DNA from: Chlamydiales bacterium
GTDB taxonomy: Bacteria > Chlamydiota > Chlamydiia > Chlamydiales > SM23-39
Length of the DNA stretch: 64,000 nucleotides
NCBI GenBank assembly: GCA_035480535.1
Contig: DATIHQ010000001.1
Coordinates: 2,814 to 66,813, forward strand
Reading direction: 5' to 3'
Made by a program: the position numbers and the translations under genes. The notes under the pieces were generated by a model that was given only the letters and a program-made list of their open reading frames with translations, did not search any database and was not told the DNA's origin. Of the stretch, positions 9,036 to 18,371 are shown piece after piece (within the stretch, counting starts at the first letter, position 1; every line of letters begins with the position of its first letter).

Positions 9036-9464
9036 ATGCGTATGACTTATCTCAAGAGTTTGTTTTTCAATTTCTTAGTTGTTTTTTTCGCCAACCATAT
9101 TTTGCCGGGGATCGAGGTGGTCAATCAGACCAAACTCCCCAATTTTGGCGGAGATTTCCCTTTTGCGCTCGCCCTAGGCTTTTTAAACTCGCTGATTTAT
9201 CCCGTCTTAAAACTCCTGAACCAGCTGACGATGCTCCGGATTGCCATGGTTGCCCTCATCCTCAACTTTGCTGTCTATGCCCTTTTGAAGCTCTTTTCAT
9301 TTGTGGGGATCCAAATTCAGACGGTGGAAGGGTATATTTTTGCCTCTGCTGCTGTGGCGTTGGGAAGCTTCATAACCAACTTCCTTGAATTCAAGCGCCA
9401 TCACCCACATAAAGCTCATATTGAACCTCTTCATAAGTCTCATACCGAGCATCCCCATTCATGA
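9036..9464 (+). CDS. DUF360 / phage-holin-family-4-like small membrane protein
   Basis: Pattern ..ILPGIEV.., LGFLNSLIYPVLKLL, four hydrophobic segments, 142 aa. Confidence 0.6.
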   Translation: MRMTYLKSLFFNFLVVFFANHILPGIEVVNQTKLPNFGGDFPFALALGFLNSLIYPVLKLLNQLTMLRIAMVALILNFAVYALLKLFSFVGIQIQTVEGYIFASAAVALGSFITNFLEFKRHHPHKAHIEPLHKSHTEHPHS

Positions 9465-9835
9465 GTTATTTCCGCAACTTCCTGCTCATTTTCCTCGTCG
9501 TATTTTTCATCGATCGGGTGGCTCCGGGGGTGGAGATTTCATCTTTTGAGCAAGTGCCCAACATTGGGGCGGACATTTTCTTCTCGGCCATTGTTGGATT
9601 TCTCAATGCGTCGGTCTTTCCCTTCTATGCGATTTTCGAGATCAAAGTGACGAAACTCAAAATAGCAATCGCTACCTTCATCATTAGTTTTGGAGCGTTC
9701 CTTCTCATTGCGATCATTCCATTCGGCGTCCGTGTCGTCAGCGCATGGGGAGTGATCATTGGCGGGCTCGTCGTCTGGGCCGTGGCCTTTGTGGGGAATT
9801 ATTTAGAGTGGCAAAGAGACACGAAAGGCTCATAG
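9461..9835 (+). CDS. DUF360 / phage-holin-family-4-like small membrane protein (tandem paralog)
   Basis: ATGA overlap with the previous CDS and the same pattern (VAPGVEIS.., VGFLNASVFPF). Confidence 0.6.
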   Translation: MSYFRNFLLIFLVVFFIDRVAPGVEISSFEQVPNIGADIFFSAIVGFLNASVFPFYAIFEIKVTKLKIAIATFIISFGAFLLIAIIPFGVRVVSAWGVIIGGLVVWAVAFVGNYLEWQRDTKGS

Positions 9836-9865
9836 CCCCGCGGGGGGAAGCCCCCGCACCCCCAT
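9836..9865 (-). repeat. R1 fragment (hairpin core only)
   Basis: CCCCGCGGGGGGAAGCCCCCGCACCCCC directly after the stop at 9833-9835. It resembles the R1 core CGTCGGGGCTTCGCCCCCGCACCCCC. Confidence 0.5.
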
Positions 9866-9872
9866 TTAAATT

Positions 9873-9957
9873 GCACGGATGACAGGATAGTCAGGATAAG
9901 GAAAGAAAATTATATTTTTTATCCTGTCCATCCTGTCATCCGTGCTAATTTTTTTTA
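9873..9957. terminator. long hairpin plus T-run between convergent genes (putative bidirectional terminator)
   Basis: Perfect 16-bp arms GCACGGATGACAGGAT (9873-9888) and ATCCTGTCATCCGTGC (9930-9945), inner pairing CAGGAT/ATCCTG, followed by TAATTTTTTTTATT. Confidence 0.6.
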
Positions 9958-10899
9958 TTTGGCGGTGAAGAGATAGGCTAGGTTGCTGCGGAGCGACCAG
10001 GCTTTTAGGAAATCTTGCAGGGTGTAGGAGACGAAGGTCGATTCGTTGTCCGGCGCGGCGGGGTCGATGGCGAGGACTCGGTTGTTGTCGTAGCCAATGA
10101 TGCAGACGAGATGACCTGAGGTGTAGACGCGGGGGGCGCCCCGGATGGGGCCTTTGATACTCACGACTACGGGGTGGTTTTTTGCGAGGTATGAGTGGAG
10201 TGCGGTAAAGTTGTTGAGCCGCGCGACGTGAACGCGATAGAGGCCGTTGAGATGCTGGTAGGCTTCCGCTGTATTCAAGATCCAGTTTCCATAGATATCA
10301 AATTCGTCATCATGGCTGCGGCTGGCAAAGTGGAGAGGATGGATTGCGTGTTTGCGAAGGAGATAGTTGATGGCGGTCGAAGTTGAGGTGGGCGAACACA
10401 TGTCTTTATTGCGGGGATGATCGAGAATTATTTGCGATTGCCGCGGAACATTGGGGAGAAGGATGGGCGATAGGGATGGAGTGGGTTGAATAGAGAGAGA
10501 GGATAGGTCGGAGAGGCAGACGTAGAGGGAATCGAGATGCTGGAGCGTGGCGCCTTCTTCTGCAATGATTTTGACTCGGAGCGAGTCGCAATGGCCTGTT
10601 TTTGGCTGAATGGCATCTTGATAGGTTTCTGCAAAGGAATCAATGGGCGCCGTTTTAAAGGTTTTTTGGGTGAGAGGTGTCCATTCGGCGTATTTGAGCC
10701 ACGGAGACCAAGATTGTTGGTGTAGGGAAATGTAGAGAGTCCATTTCCCCTTTTCAGGGCGAAGCCCATTCCAGGAAACAATCGCCTCATTAAATGGACG
10801 AACTGTTTCCAAGTTCCAAACGAACTCATTTTCCTTCAGATTTGAAAGAATTCGCTCGTGAGTTGTTGAGAAATCAACGGTTCTTTTTACAAATTGCAA
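9955..10899 (-). CDS. peptidase C39-like (C39_2-type) cysteine protease domain protein with an unknown N-terminal domain
   Basis: The C-terminal half has DMCSPTSTSTAINYLL (Cys) ... HPVVVSIKG ... GHLVCIIGYD..AIDPA (His), the C39_2 layout. Confidence 0.55.
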   Translation of the reverse strand: MQFVKRTVDFSTTHERILSNLKENEFVWNLETVRPFNEAIVSWNGLRPEKGKWTLYISLHQQSWSPWLKYAEWTPLTQKTFKTAPIDSFAETYQDAIQPKTGHCDSLRVKIIAEEGATLQHLDSLYVCLSDLSSLSIQPTPSLSPILLPNVPRQSQIILDHPRNKDMCSPTSTSTAINYLLRKHAIHPLHFASRSHDDEFDIYGNWILNTAEAYQHLNGLYRVHVARLNNFTALHSYLAKNHPVVVSIKGPIRGAPRVYTSGHLVCIIGYDNNRVLAIDPAAPDNESTFVSYTLQDFLKAWSLRSNLAYLFTAK

Positions 10900-11060
10900 T
10901 TCGTTTCTGGCGCCTAGTGTTTAAAGGAGAATTTTTCACTTTATCATCGCCTGGGGGAACGAGTATACAACAAGTTGCTAAAACCTTGGGACCGCTCTGT
11001 TTTCCTTGCATAAGCCTATCGTTAAAAAAAGATCAAGCAAAGGGCAAAGTCAAATTAAGG

Positions 11061-12260
11061 TCAAGAGGAAATTTTTTGTGGTTTGAAACCAATGAAGGCA
11101 AGAAGGAAGGCAATGGCCGCCAGAAAATAAAAAAGGCCCGCAGAGCCGAGGAAACTCATCGCAACGGGGGCCATGAGAGGCCCAGCAATGGCGCCCATTC
11201 CATAAGAGAGAACAAAACCGCCTGTTGCGGCAATGATTTGATTCTCCTGCACCTTCTCGCAAGTGTAGGCCATGCTGAGAGGATAAAGAGTGAAAGAAAA
11301 TCCCCCAAAACACCAGGCAAGCGGGAAGAGAAGGAGGGGAGAGAGCTGTTCCATTTGGGCAATCGCGAGGCCAAAAAGAGCGGTGAGTAAACTCATAATA
11401 TTCAAAACGCGTCTTCGATTTCCTTTGTCAGCCCAATGTCCAATCGGCCACTGCAGACTCAATCCTCCGAAGATGAGAATGGCCATAAAAGTTCCCACTT
11501 CTGAAATGGTCATTCCATTTTCTCGAGCATAGATAGGGGCAAGCCCATAGATGACCGCGAGGAGCATGCCAGAAATGATGCCTCCCATAAATCCAAGGGG
11601 AGAAATCCGGAAAAGTTGAAAGAGGTTGAGCTGAACTGGTTCCGAGACCGGTTTAGGTTGCGGCAATTTCATGAGCGTCACGGGCAGGATGGAAAGAGCG
11701 GAAAGAAACGCTGTGATGAAGAAAGGGTAAATTCCTTTGGGATCAGAGAGATTAATGAGAAATTGACCGAGTGAAAGGGCTCCATAAAAAACAGCCAAGT
11801 AAACGGAGAGAATTTTTCCCCGCATATTGGCGGGGCTTTGGATCAGAAGCCAGCTCTCAATGACGATGAAGATCCCCGCTGTGCAGATGCCGCCGATAAA
11901 GCGAAGAAAACTCCAAAACCAGGGATTCACCCAAATTGCCTGGAGTAGGACGACGAGGGTGATCAGAATCGCAAAAATAACAAAAGAACGGGCATGTCCC
12001 TGTTTTGAGATCAATTGATCGATCCGGAGAGAACCCACTAAAATTCCCAAATAAAGGGCTGAAATGACGATCCCAATGACCTCTGGAGAATGCCCTTCAA
12101 GTTCTAAGCGGATGGATACAAAGGTGTTAAAGAGACCGCTTGCTAAAATGAGAAGGGCCAGACTGAAGAGAGGGGCGAAGAGGGAGCGAATCAGGGCAAG
12201 CATGTCGGGCCTCACCTTTATGGTGGCTGAATAGGCCATTTTTCTAGTACAAAAATCCAT
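11061..12260 (-). CDS. MFS transporter
   Basis: About 12 hydrophobic segments and a 399-aa MFS-like 6+6 layout. The exact start is uncertain (three Met in the first 20 aa). Confidence 0.8.
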   Translation of the reverse strand: MDFCTRKMAYSATIKVRPDMLALIRSLFAPLFSLALLILASGLFNTFVSIRLELEGHSPEVIGIVISALYLGILVGSLRIDQLISKQGHARSFVIFAILITLVVLLQAIWVNPWFWSFLRFIGGICTAGIFIVIESWLLIQSPANMRGKILSVYLAVFYGALSLGQFLINLSDPKGIYPFFITAFLSALSILPVTLMKLPQPKPVSEPVQLNLFQLFRISPLGFMGGIISGMLLAVIYGLAPIYARENGMTISEVGTFMAILIFGGLSLQWPIGHWADKGNRRRVLNIMSLLTALFGLAIAQMEQLSPLLLFPLAWCFGGFSFTLYPLSMAYTCEKVQENQIIAATGGFVLSYGMGAIAGPLMAPVAMSFLGSAGLFYFLAAIAFLLAFIGFKPQKISS

Positions 12261-12362
12261 AAGTTATTGATTGTTAATAATATAACAAAGTAATAATTCA
12301 AATTGAAACAAAATAGTAATAAAGTTAATAATAATAATAGATTCTAATTTACGGATAATTAT

Positions 12363-14552
12363 ATGATTCCAAAGGTAAAAGAATTAATTGGCGTTCAGGA
12401 CGCGATGGATAACCTCGCAGCCATCGTGGGGATCAACATGGAGAATCCCCCTCCGATTGGAATCATTAAAAAGCACCGGATCGTTACGGATGAAGAGGAA
12501 TTTGGCCCTCAAAATGTGCAATGGCTCAGCGCTGAGGGGAGCGAATCGATTTTAGATATTTTGGACGCCACCTATCGATCGATTCACAATCATCTTCTGA
12601 CCCTCTATGAAAATCCCGAAATGAATTGGGACAATGAAAAAACCCGGAAGGGGATCGCCGCCATGATGTCTCTTGTCGGTGAATCAGCTCAAAAGATCGA
12701 AACCTATCTCATCTATCGCCTCGGAAGACCTCTCGCAACAAAAATTGCCGATCGGGATGAATTCAAAGCGCTCCAGTATTTCTATACGCAGCGATTCGTG
12801 AAGAAGTTCAAGCAAGGCGTAGAGGGAGAAGAGGCTTGGAAAGAAGAATGGGAAGAGAATGAAGAGGCCGCTTCACTGGATGTTTCTAAGACAGGTTTAA
12901 AGGATTTTGAAACGGTGCGCCGCGATCAGGAATATGAGCTTTTCTACATCCGCAATGAAGAGGGAAAATCCTATTTCAATGCAGAGCTCTTAAGAAACAT
13001 TAAATTGACCTGTGATTTTGAAGCGGAAGGGGAAGAATTTGAAGAAGATCCTCTCTTGAAAGTGCGCGCCATGCAAGATCGCGACGTTCTCGGCTCTGCA
13101 GGACAAATCTTGGGAGAGTGTCATTCAGCGATAGTCGATTTTTATAAGATCTTTCAGAAGCTTCCTGAAAACGAATTGGCCCACTCTCTGAGTTTGTCGC
13201 TTCTCGCCCTATTTCTAGCGGCCAATCCTCGTCATCTTTTGCAAAACACCAATGGAAAAAGCTGCCTCCAATATTTTGATGATTTCCATCGCTATTTACG
13301 CCGCACCATGAAAACTTCCGAATATCAAAAAATGATCGCCTATCCCCCAGATAAAGGGGATAAAACAGCCTATTTCCTCCTCTACCTCACTCATTCGCTT
13401 TCCCGCGCCCTTTTCTATCGAACAGGTGGGATCAGACAAGAGTCAATCGGCCTGATCCATCGCACCATGCGAAGAGGGGAGGAGATCAAGCAAAAAGGGA
13501 AAGAAAAGCTGTTGAAAGGGGAGACGATTTGGAATCAATTTCTTCTCGACGATGAAAAATTGCGCACGCTGCTCAATCAATTTCCCAATGGGCCTCTCTT
13601 TAAAATCCTCGATCTGATCCGAGAGGAGCAAGATGAAGATACGATCATCCCCTTCGATCCCATTGGACAAGGCAATTTGCCCAGCCGTATTTTTGAGATC
13701 AATTACCGCGACCATAAAATCGACGTCCTCCGCATTCCCTCTCCCATGCGCCAATCCTATATCCACAAAGTGGAAATCCTCGATGAATTCCGTGGACTTC
13801 TCCGCTCCTATGCCATCGATCAGACGCCTAAAAGACACCTCATGGTCAATTTACACGATCGCACTTCCTGGAAAGAATACGCCCGCAGCCGCGCCCTGGA
13901 AGAGCTCCATAAAAATGCGGAATTCACACAGCAAATCATCACCATCACCCTACCCAAGGCAACCGACTTTTACTATCAGAACAATGAATATCTAAATATG
14001 AACAGCGCCGAAGATTTCATCCTCGCCTTCAGAGCGCAGCTAGCCGCTCCGCAAGAGTGTGGCTTTTTCCTCCCCATTTCTCCCAAAGAACTGATCCACT
14101 TCACGGAAGGCGCCCTTCCCCTCATCCACGAACATTTTTTCCATCACAAAAACAGCCTGACGCGCCGCAACCGAGAAGATTTCATCGAGATCTTCTACCA
14201 ATTCCTCATCCTCAAGTGCATCGATCTTCTCCACCCCCACTCTCTCAGTTTTACCTGTAAAGATGCCATTGACACAGGCGCAGCGGAGCAGGCGACGTTC
14301 TATGGATTTATGCAGCTTCTTACATCTAATTTTTCTCAGAAAGAGGAGCAAGATTTTCTTCGCTGGCAGCTCTACACGCCGGCTCTTTTCATTCGGGAAA
14401 GAGCGATCGACTCAGAGCGGCTCAACCGCGCCATCTCTGCCCTCGAGCGCCTCGATGGCGAAATGGCTGAGAGAGGGAAAGTGATTCTTAAGGCATTTGG
14501 CGACTTCTATCATCCCCAAACGTTCAAGACACTTGGCGTGAAACATCTCTAA
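12363..14552 (+). CDS. hypothetical protein, 729 aa, soluble, acidic patches
   Basis: Long ORF behind a ~100-bp almost pure A/T leader. I recognised no family. Confidence 0.65.
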   Translation: MIPKVKELIGVQDAMDNLAAIVGINMENPPPIGIIKKHRIVTDEEEFGPQNVQWLSAEGSESILDILDATYRSIHNHLLTLYENPEMNWDNEKTRKGIAAMMSLVGESAQKIETYLIYRLGRPLATKIADRDEFKALQYFYTQRFVKKFKQGVEGEEAWKEEWEENEEAASLDVSKTGLKDFETVRRDQEYELFYIRNEEGKSYFNAELLRNIKLTCDFEAEGEEFEEDPLLKVRAMQDRDVLGSAGQILGECHSAIVDFYKIFQKLPENELAHSLSLSLLALFLAANPRHLLQNTNGKSCLQYFDDFHRYLRRTMKTSEYQKMIAYPPDKGDKTAYFLLYLTHSLSRALFYRTGGIRQESIGLIHRTMRRGEEIKQKGKEKLLKGETIWNQFLLDDEKLRTLLNQFPNGPLFKILDLIREEQDEDTIIPFDPIGQGNLPSRIFEINYRDHKIDVLRIPSPMRQSYIHKVEILDEFRGLLRSYAIDQTPKRHLMVNLHDRTSWKEYARSRALEELHKNAEFTQQIITITLPKATDFYYQNNEYLNMNSAEDFILAFRAQLAAPQECGFFLPISPKELIHFTEGALPLIHEHFFHHKNSLTRRNREDFIEIFYQFLILKCIDLLHPHSLSFTCKDAIDTGAAEQATFYGFMQLLTSNFSQKEEQDFLRWQLYTPALFIRERAIDSERLNRAISALERLDGEMAERGKVILKAFGDFYHPQTFKTLGVKHL

Positions 14553-14570
14553 TTCATAAGTCGATTACGA

Positions 14571-14794
14571 GCTTAGGATCTGAGCCGTAATGCGAATATC
14601 AGCGCAGAGGCGCGAGACGCGCGAAGAGAGTTAGCCGCAGAGGACGAGAGGTGAGGGAAGCCCTCACACACCCAGAAAAGATATAAAATTTGGGAGTATG
14701 AGGGCATCCCTCATCTCTGCGTTCTCCGCGGTTATCTCAGTGCTTTTCTCCGCGCTGATATTCGCATTACGGTTTCGATCCCAAGCCTGTCTGA
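14571..14794. repeat. R2 palindromic element, copy A
   Basis: Termini CCGTAATGCGAATATCAGCGC (14585-) and GCGCTGATATTCGCATTACGG (-14772). The whole element folds on itself. It lies between convergent CDS. Confidence 0.9.
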
Positions 14795-14820
14795 CAAAAA
14801 ATGGGCCTGTTACGATGCGA

Positions 14821-15318
14821 TTAGCTATTTAAGAGTCTGTGTTGTTCTTTTGTGAGGAGAGGGGGAAGGATAGGAGCTCTGGTTTCTCCCGGATAAGGGT
14901 ATTGAGCGTACAATTCACTAAAGGTCTCTTCATCCATGAGAGGAGGACGGCTTGTCCATACCGATCTGATTGCAAAATAGGGGTCGGTATCCAATAGTTT
15001 TTGCTTGGCTGCCTTAAAATCTGCTGCTGCATTTGTCAGATTGGCGATTCGCTGGGTTTGTTGAGTGGCGGCCGTTTTCTCGGCTTCGTCAGATTCTTTG
15101 ATTGCATCCAGCAACTTTTGATCTTCTTTAAAAGCTGCTTTGGAATCGCGTCGGATTTGGATGACTTGTTTCACACTCCAAACGAAAGCAACGGTCAGGG
15201 TCGCTAGGGCAACGAAGGGAGCGTAGGTCGCGAAGAGGGAGGGCGCGACTGGAGCAGGGGTAGGGGATGAGAACCAATTGATACTATCTAATAGACGTGA
15301 GGCAATTGAGCTAAACAT
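14821..15318 (-). CDS. hypothetical membrane protein, 165 aa (single ~22-aa hydrophobic segment)
   Basis: ORF with an upstream TATAATATT box. Hydrophobic stretch LFATYAPFVALATLTVAFVW. Confidence 0.5.
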   Translation of the reverse strand: MFSSIASRLLDSINWFSSPTPAPVAPSLFATYAPFVALATLTVAFVWSVKQVIQIRRDSKAAFKEDQKLLDAIKESDEAEKTAATQQTQRIANLTNAAADFKAAKQKLLDTDPYFAIRSVWTSRPPLMDEETFSELYAQYPYPGETRAPILPPLLTKEQHRLLNS

Positions 15319-15375
15319 TGGATGTCCTTTTTAGCTCAATATTATAATAGATAATTAGAAATAATTCAAGTTAAT

Positions 15376-16593
15376 TTATAGATTGCCTTCTGCGATGAGC
15401 CCTTCATTATAAAGTTTTATTGAATCGGAAAGGCCTTGAACTTTGCGCATTAGGTCTGCAAAATCTTTTTTGAATGCATCGCTTTGGACGATTTTAGCCC
15501 GCTCGCCGTCGGCTCGATTGAGGAGCTCGGTGAGGCGGCCAATGGAGGTGTTCATGGCGTCGATTTCCCCCTCAAAGTAGGTACGAAATTCTTTAGGGGT
15601 ATCGAGCGCCTTGAGGAGATTGGCTTTCTTGGTGCGGCTTCGCTGCCAATGTTTGTCGTATTGGAAGAGGAGGCCGTAGTGATTGATGTCGTTCATCAGG
15701 GTCTCTCCTTTGCTGAAGAGAGAGGTGAGGCGAAGATAGAAATCATCGCCGGTGATGAAGCGGCCCAAGGTTCCCGTCCCACTGGAGATGTCGCGGGAGA
15801 TTTGATTGAGATTGCGGAGCGTTTGGGCGCCGTCGTTATTGAAGTGGGCGGTGGCTGTGTTGAGATTTTCTGTGAGGCTGGCAAATTTGTGGAGGAGCTG
15901 GTCTTCATCGAGGCTGGTGCGGAGATAGTTCATATTTTCATTGAGGAGGCCGACCGATTCGCGAACCGCGGGGACGAGATGTTCATTGTCGACCGATTGG
16001 AGGAAGGTATTTACTTGGCCCATCGCCCCATCGAATGATTTCAGGACGTTGGTGAGATAGGTTTGATTTTCGTTGAACCATTGATCGAGGTGGGAGATGG
16101 TGGCTTCCATGCGGGAGGCGACTTTGCTCACTTGGGTAAAGGTATTTTCTAAATTATCGACCGAGTTGGCGTAAATGATCTGATCTTTGACAGGCTCATT
16201 TATTTTCCCTTTGGGAAGGGCTTTGGGGAGGATGGCCACCGATTTTTCTCCCATGAGGCCAGTGGTGCGGACGGCAATTTCATCGGTTGGATAGACAGTG
16301 ACGCTGGAATCGACTTTTAAGAGGAGTTGATAGAGGAAGACGCGCCCCGTATCGTCGGGGGTTTCTTCGCGGGCGCTGGCAATTTCATGGATCTGCACCA
16401 CTTCCCCGACCGGTTTTCCCGCAAAAGTGACGCGGGTTCCCACAGAAATGCCCGCGATATTCGCAAAGCGAACATGGAGCGTTTTTTTCCCATCGCCCAC
16501 CATCGGCTCAAAAAAGAGGATCATCCCAATCATGATGGTCAGGGCGGCCGCCACAAAAAGGCCGATCAAGATATTTTTCTTCTGGTCAGTCAT
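15376..16593 (-). CDS. mlaD: MCE/MlaD-family substrate-binding protein with a long coiled C-terminal extension
   Basis: N-terminal TM followed by an MCE-domain pattern (VRFANIAGISVGTRVTFAGKPVGEV). It overlaps the mlaF stop. Confidence 0.8.
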   Translation of the reverse strand: MTDQKKNILIGLFVAAALTIMIGMILFFEPMVGDGKKTLHVRFANIAGISVGTRVTFAGKPVGEVVQIHEIASAREETPDDTGRVFLYQLLLKVDSSVTVYPTDEIAVRTTGLMGEKSVAILPKALPKGKINEPVKDQIIYANSVDNLENTFTQVSKVASRMEATISHLDQWFNENQTYLTNVLKSFDGAMGQVNTFLQSVDNEHLVPAVRESVGLLNENMNYLRTSLDEDQLLHKFASLTENLNTATAHFNNDGAQTLRNLNQISRDISSGTGTLGRFITGDDFYLRLTSLFSKGETLMNDINHYGLLFQYDKHWQRSRTKKANLLKALDTPKEFRTYFEGEIDAMNTSIGRLTELLNRADGERAKIVQSDAFKKDFADLMRKVQGLSDSIKLYNEGLIAEGNL

Positions 16594-17366
16594 CTCGGTT
16601 TCCTCGGTTTAGAGAGAAGTGTGTTTCGTAAGAAGGTAATGGTTGGATCGTCGATCTTCATGAATGTGTCGGGATCGGCGATGTGGATGATTTGCCCATC
16701 TTGGTGCAGCGCGAGACGATCGGCGATGTAAAGAGCGGAGGAGATGTCGTGCGTGACGACGATGCTCGTTCCTTTCAGTTCATTTTGCGTTTTGACAATG
16801 AGTTCATTGATCTGCTGCGCGGTGATCGGATCGAGACCTGTAGTTGGCTCATCATAGAGAAGGATCGCGGGGCGGTAGACGATCAGGCGAGCAAGACCTG
16901 CCCGTTTTCTCATCCCGCCGGAGAGATCGGAGGGCATTTTTTCCTCTGTCCCTTCCAAGCCCACCATTGCTAGGGCATTTTTCACTTTTCGCTCGATTTC
17001 TTCAGGAGAAAAAGGCTTGCCGGTGACGGGATCTCCATGCTGCTTTAAATAGAAGGAGGTGTTTTCTTCGATATTCATTGAATCGAAGAGAGCGGAGCCT
17101 TGGAAAAGCATCCCCATGTTTTTCACGGCAGCGTAGATTTGATTTTTTTTAAGCTGGGTGATGATCGTGCCGTCGATTTCAATTGAGCCCCGATCGGGCT
17201 TTTCAATCCCAATGATGTGGCGCAGCAGAACGCTCTTCCCTACGCCAGAGCGACCCAAGATGACGAGGATTTCGCCGCGGTTGGCCTCTAGATTCAGGCC
17301 CCGCAGAACATCATTTGTTCCGTATCGTTTCCAAAGATTGCGAATTCGAATCAAGCTTTCATCCAA
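16590..17366 (-). CDS. mlaF: ABC transporter ATP-binding protein (MlaF-like)
   Basis: Walker A GRSGVGKS, signature LSGGMRKR, Walker B LLYDEPTTGLD. Confidence 0.9.
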   Translation of the reverse strand: MDESLIRIRNLWKRYGTNDVLRGLNLEANRGEILVILGRSGVGKSVLLRHIIGIEKPDRGSIEIDGTIITQLKKNQIYAAVKNMGMLFQGSALFDSMNIEENTSFYLKQHGDPVTGKPFSPEEIERKVKNALAMVGLEGTEEKMPSDLSGGMRKRAGLARLIVYRPAILLYDEPTTGLDPITAQQINELIVKTQNELKGTSIVVTHDISSALYIADRLALHQDGQIIHIADPDTFMKIDDPTITFLRNTLLSKPRKPR

Positions 17367-18154
17367 CCGTATTTGAGTTCCTGATGGATCATATTCAGGG
17401 CCATTGTCAAGAGGAAATCGGCGACAATAATTAAAATATAACTGGTGACGACGCTCTGCGTGGTCGCGCGCCCAACGCCCGCCGCTCCACCCGTCGTTTT
17501 CATTCCTTTATAGCAACAGACAGTGACGAGTAAAACGCCGAAGACAAATGCCTTGATCACTCCCGATGCGACATCAAACAAATTGATGTGGGCTTGCATC
17601 GGATTGAAGTAGGTGGTGGGGGAGAGGTGAAACAAATAGACGGCGATTAAATAGCCTCCAAAAATTCCCATCATCGTGCTGAAAAGAGTCAGCAGCGGCA
17701 TCATCACAATCCCAGCGAAAAAGCGGGGCGCGATCAGATAGGAATTGGGGTTAATTGCCATCGATTTCAATGCATCGATCTGCTCGGTGACTTTCATCGT
17801 TCCCAGCTCAGCGCACATCGAAGAGCCCACTCTCCCAGTTACCATCAATGCGGTCAACACCGGGCCCAGCTCGGTGATCATCGATTTTCCCACCAGCGCG
17901 CCCGTGACTCCAGCCAGCCCTTTCTCACCCAGCTGATAAAAAGACTGGGCGGCCAGCACAAAGCCCGTCGTAAAGCCAGTGATCGCCACAACGCCCACCG
18001 ACATCACGCCGATGTGATACAATTGCTCGCGAAGCAATGCCCACGCCGGCGGCCGTCTCACCGCCGCGCCAAAGACATCGATGATGAGCGAAACATATTC
18101 CCCCACCATCGCTAAAATCCGAACCGAGTGCTTCCTAACGAGAACGAACATCAC
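17351..18154 (-). CDS. mlaE: ABC transporter permease (MlaE-like)
   Basis: 267-aa polytopic protein directly upstream of and overlapping mlaF, the typical MlaE position and size. Confidence 0.85.
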   Translation of the reverse strand: MMFVLVRKHSVRILAMVGEYVSLIIDVFGAAVRRPPAWALLREQLYHIGVMSVGVVAITGFTTGFVLAAQSFYQLGEKGLAGVTGALVGKSMITELGPVLTALMVTGRVGSSMCAELGTMKVTEQIDALKSMAINPNSYLIAPRFFAGIVMMPLLTLFSTMMGIFGGYLIAVYLFHLSPTTYFNPMQAHINLFDVASGVIKAFVFGVLLVTVCCYKGMKTTGGAAGVGRATTQSVVTSYILIIVADFLLTMALNMIHQELKYGWMKA

Positions 18155-18203
18155 CTACCCCTTTTCTTCATAGTACGAAAAGGGGAGTTTCAGGTCAAAG
18201 AGC

Positions 18204-18362
18204 CAATTGCAAAACTCGCTTTCTTGCACAAATTCGATGATTTTGGCACCGGTTCGCGCTCGCCGCAAGTTGACATATCCGAATGGCCATAGGCAACTTG
18301 CGGCGGGACCGAACCCGGTGGCAAAAGCGCGGATTTGGGCTGAAATTGGGGTTTTGCAACTG
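18204..18362. repeat. R4 long imperfect palindrome (single copy in this window)
   Basis: CAATTGCAAAAC...CCGCAAGTTG // CAACTTGCGG...GTTTTGCAACTG. It sits between the stop of CDS 18372..19136 and the start of mlaE. Confidence 0.6.
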
Positions 18363-18371
18363 GCTCCAAAG

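Noticed and set aside
9036-10899. Possible phage lysis cassette (two holin-family-4-like proteins plus a peptidase)
   Set aside because: There are no phage structural, integrase or endolysin genes nearby. The peptidase is convergent rather than co-oriented. DUF360 proteins are common chromosomal membrane proteins.
10794-11390. ORF 10794..11390(+), 198 aa, spanning the C39-peptidase start and the MFS 3' end
   Set aside because: It overlaps two better-supported minus-strand genes, and its translation is K/R/E-rich low-complexity.
15484-16038. Antisense ORFs within mlaD (15484..16038), sucA (43702..44223), sucB (45220..45828), gatB (59730..60188) and the 272-aa secreted protein (1012..1521)
   Set aside because: Each one overlaps a well-supported CDS on the opposite strand and has no start context or recognisable motifs.
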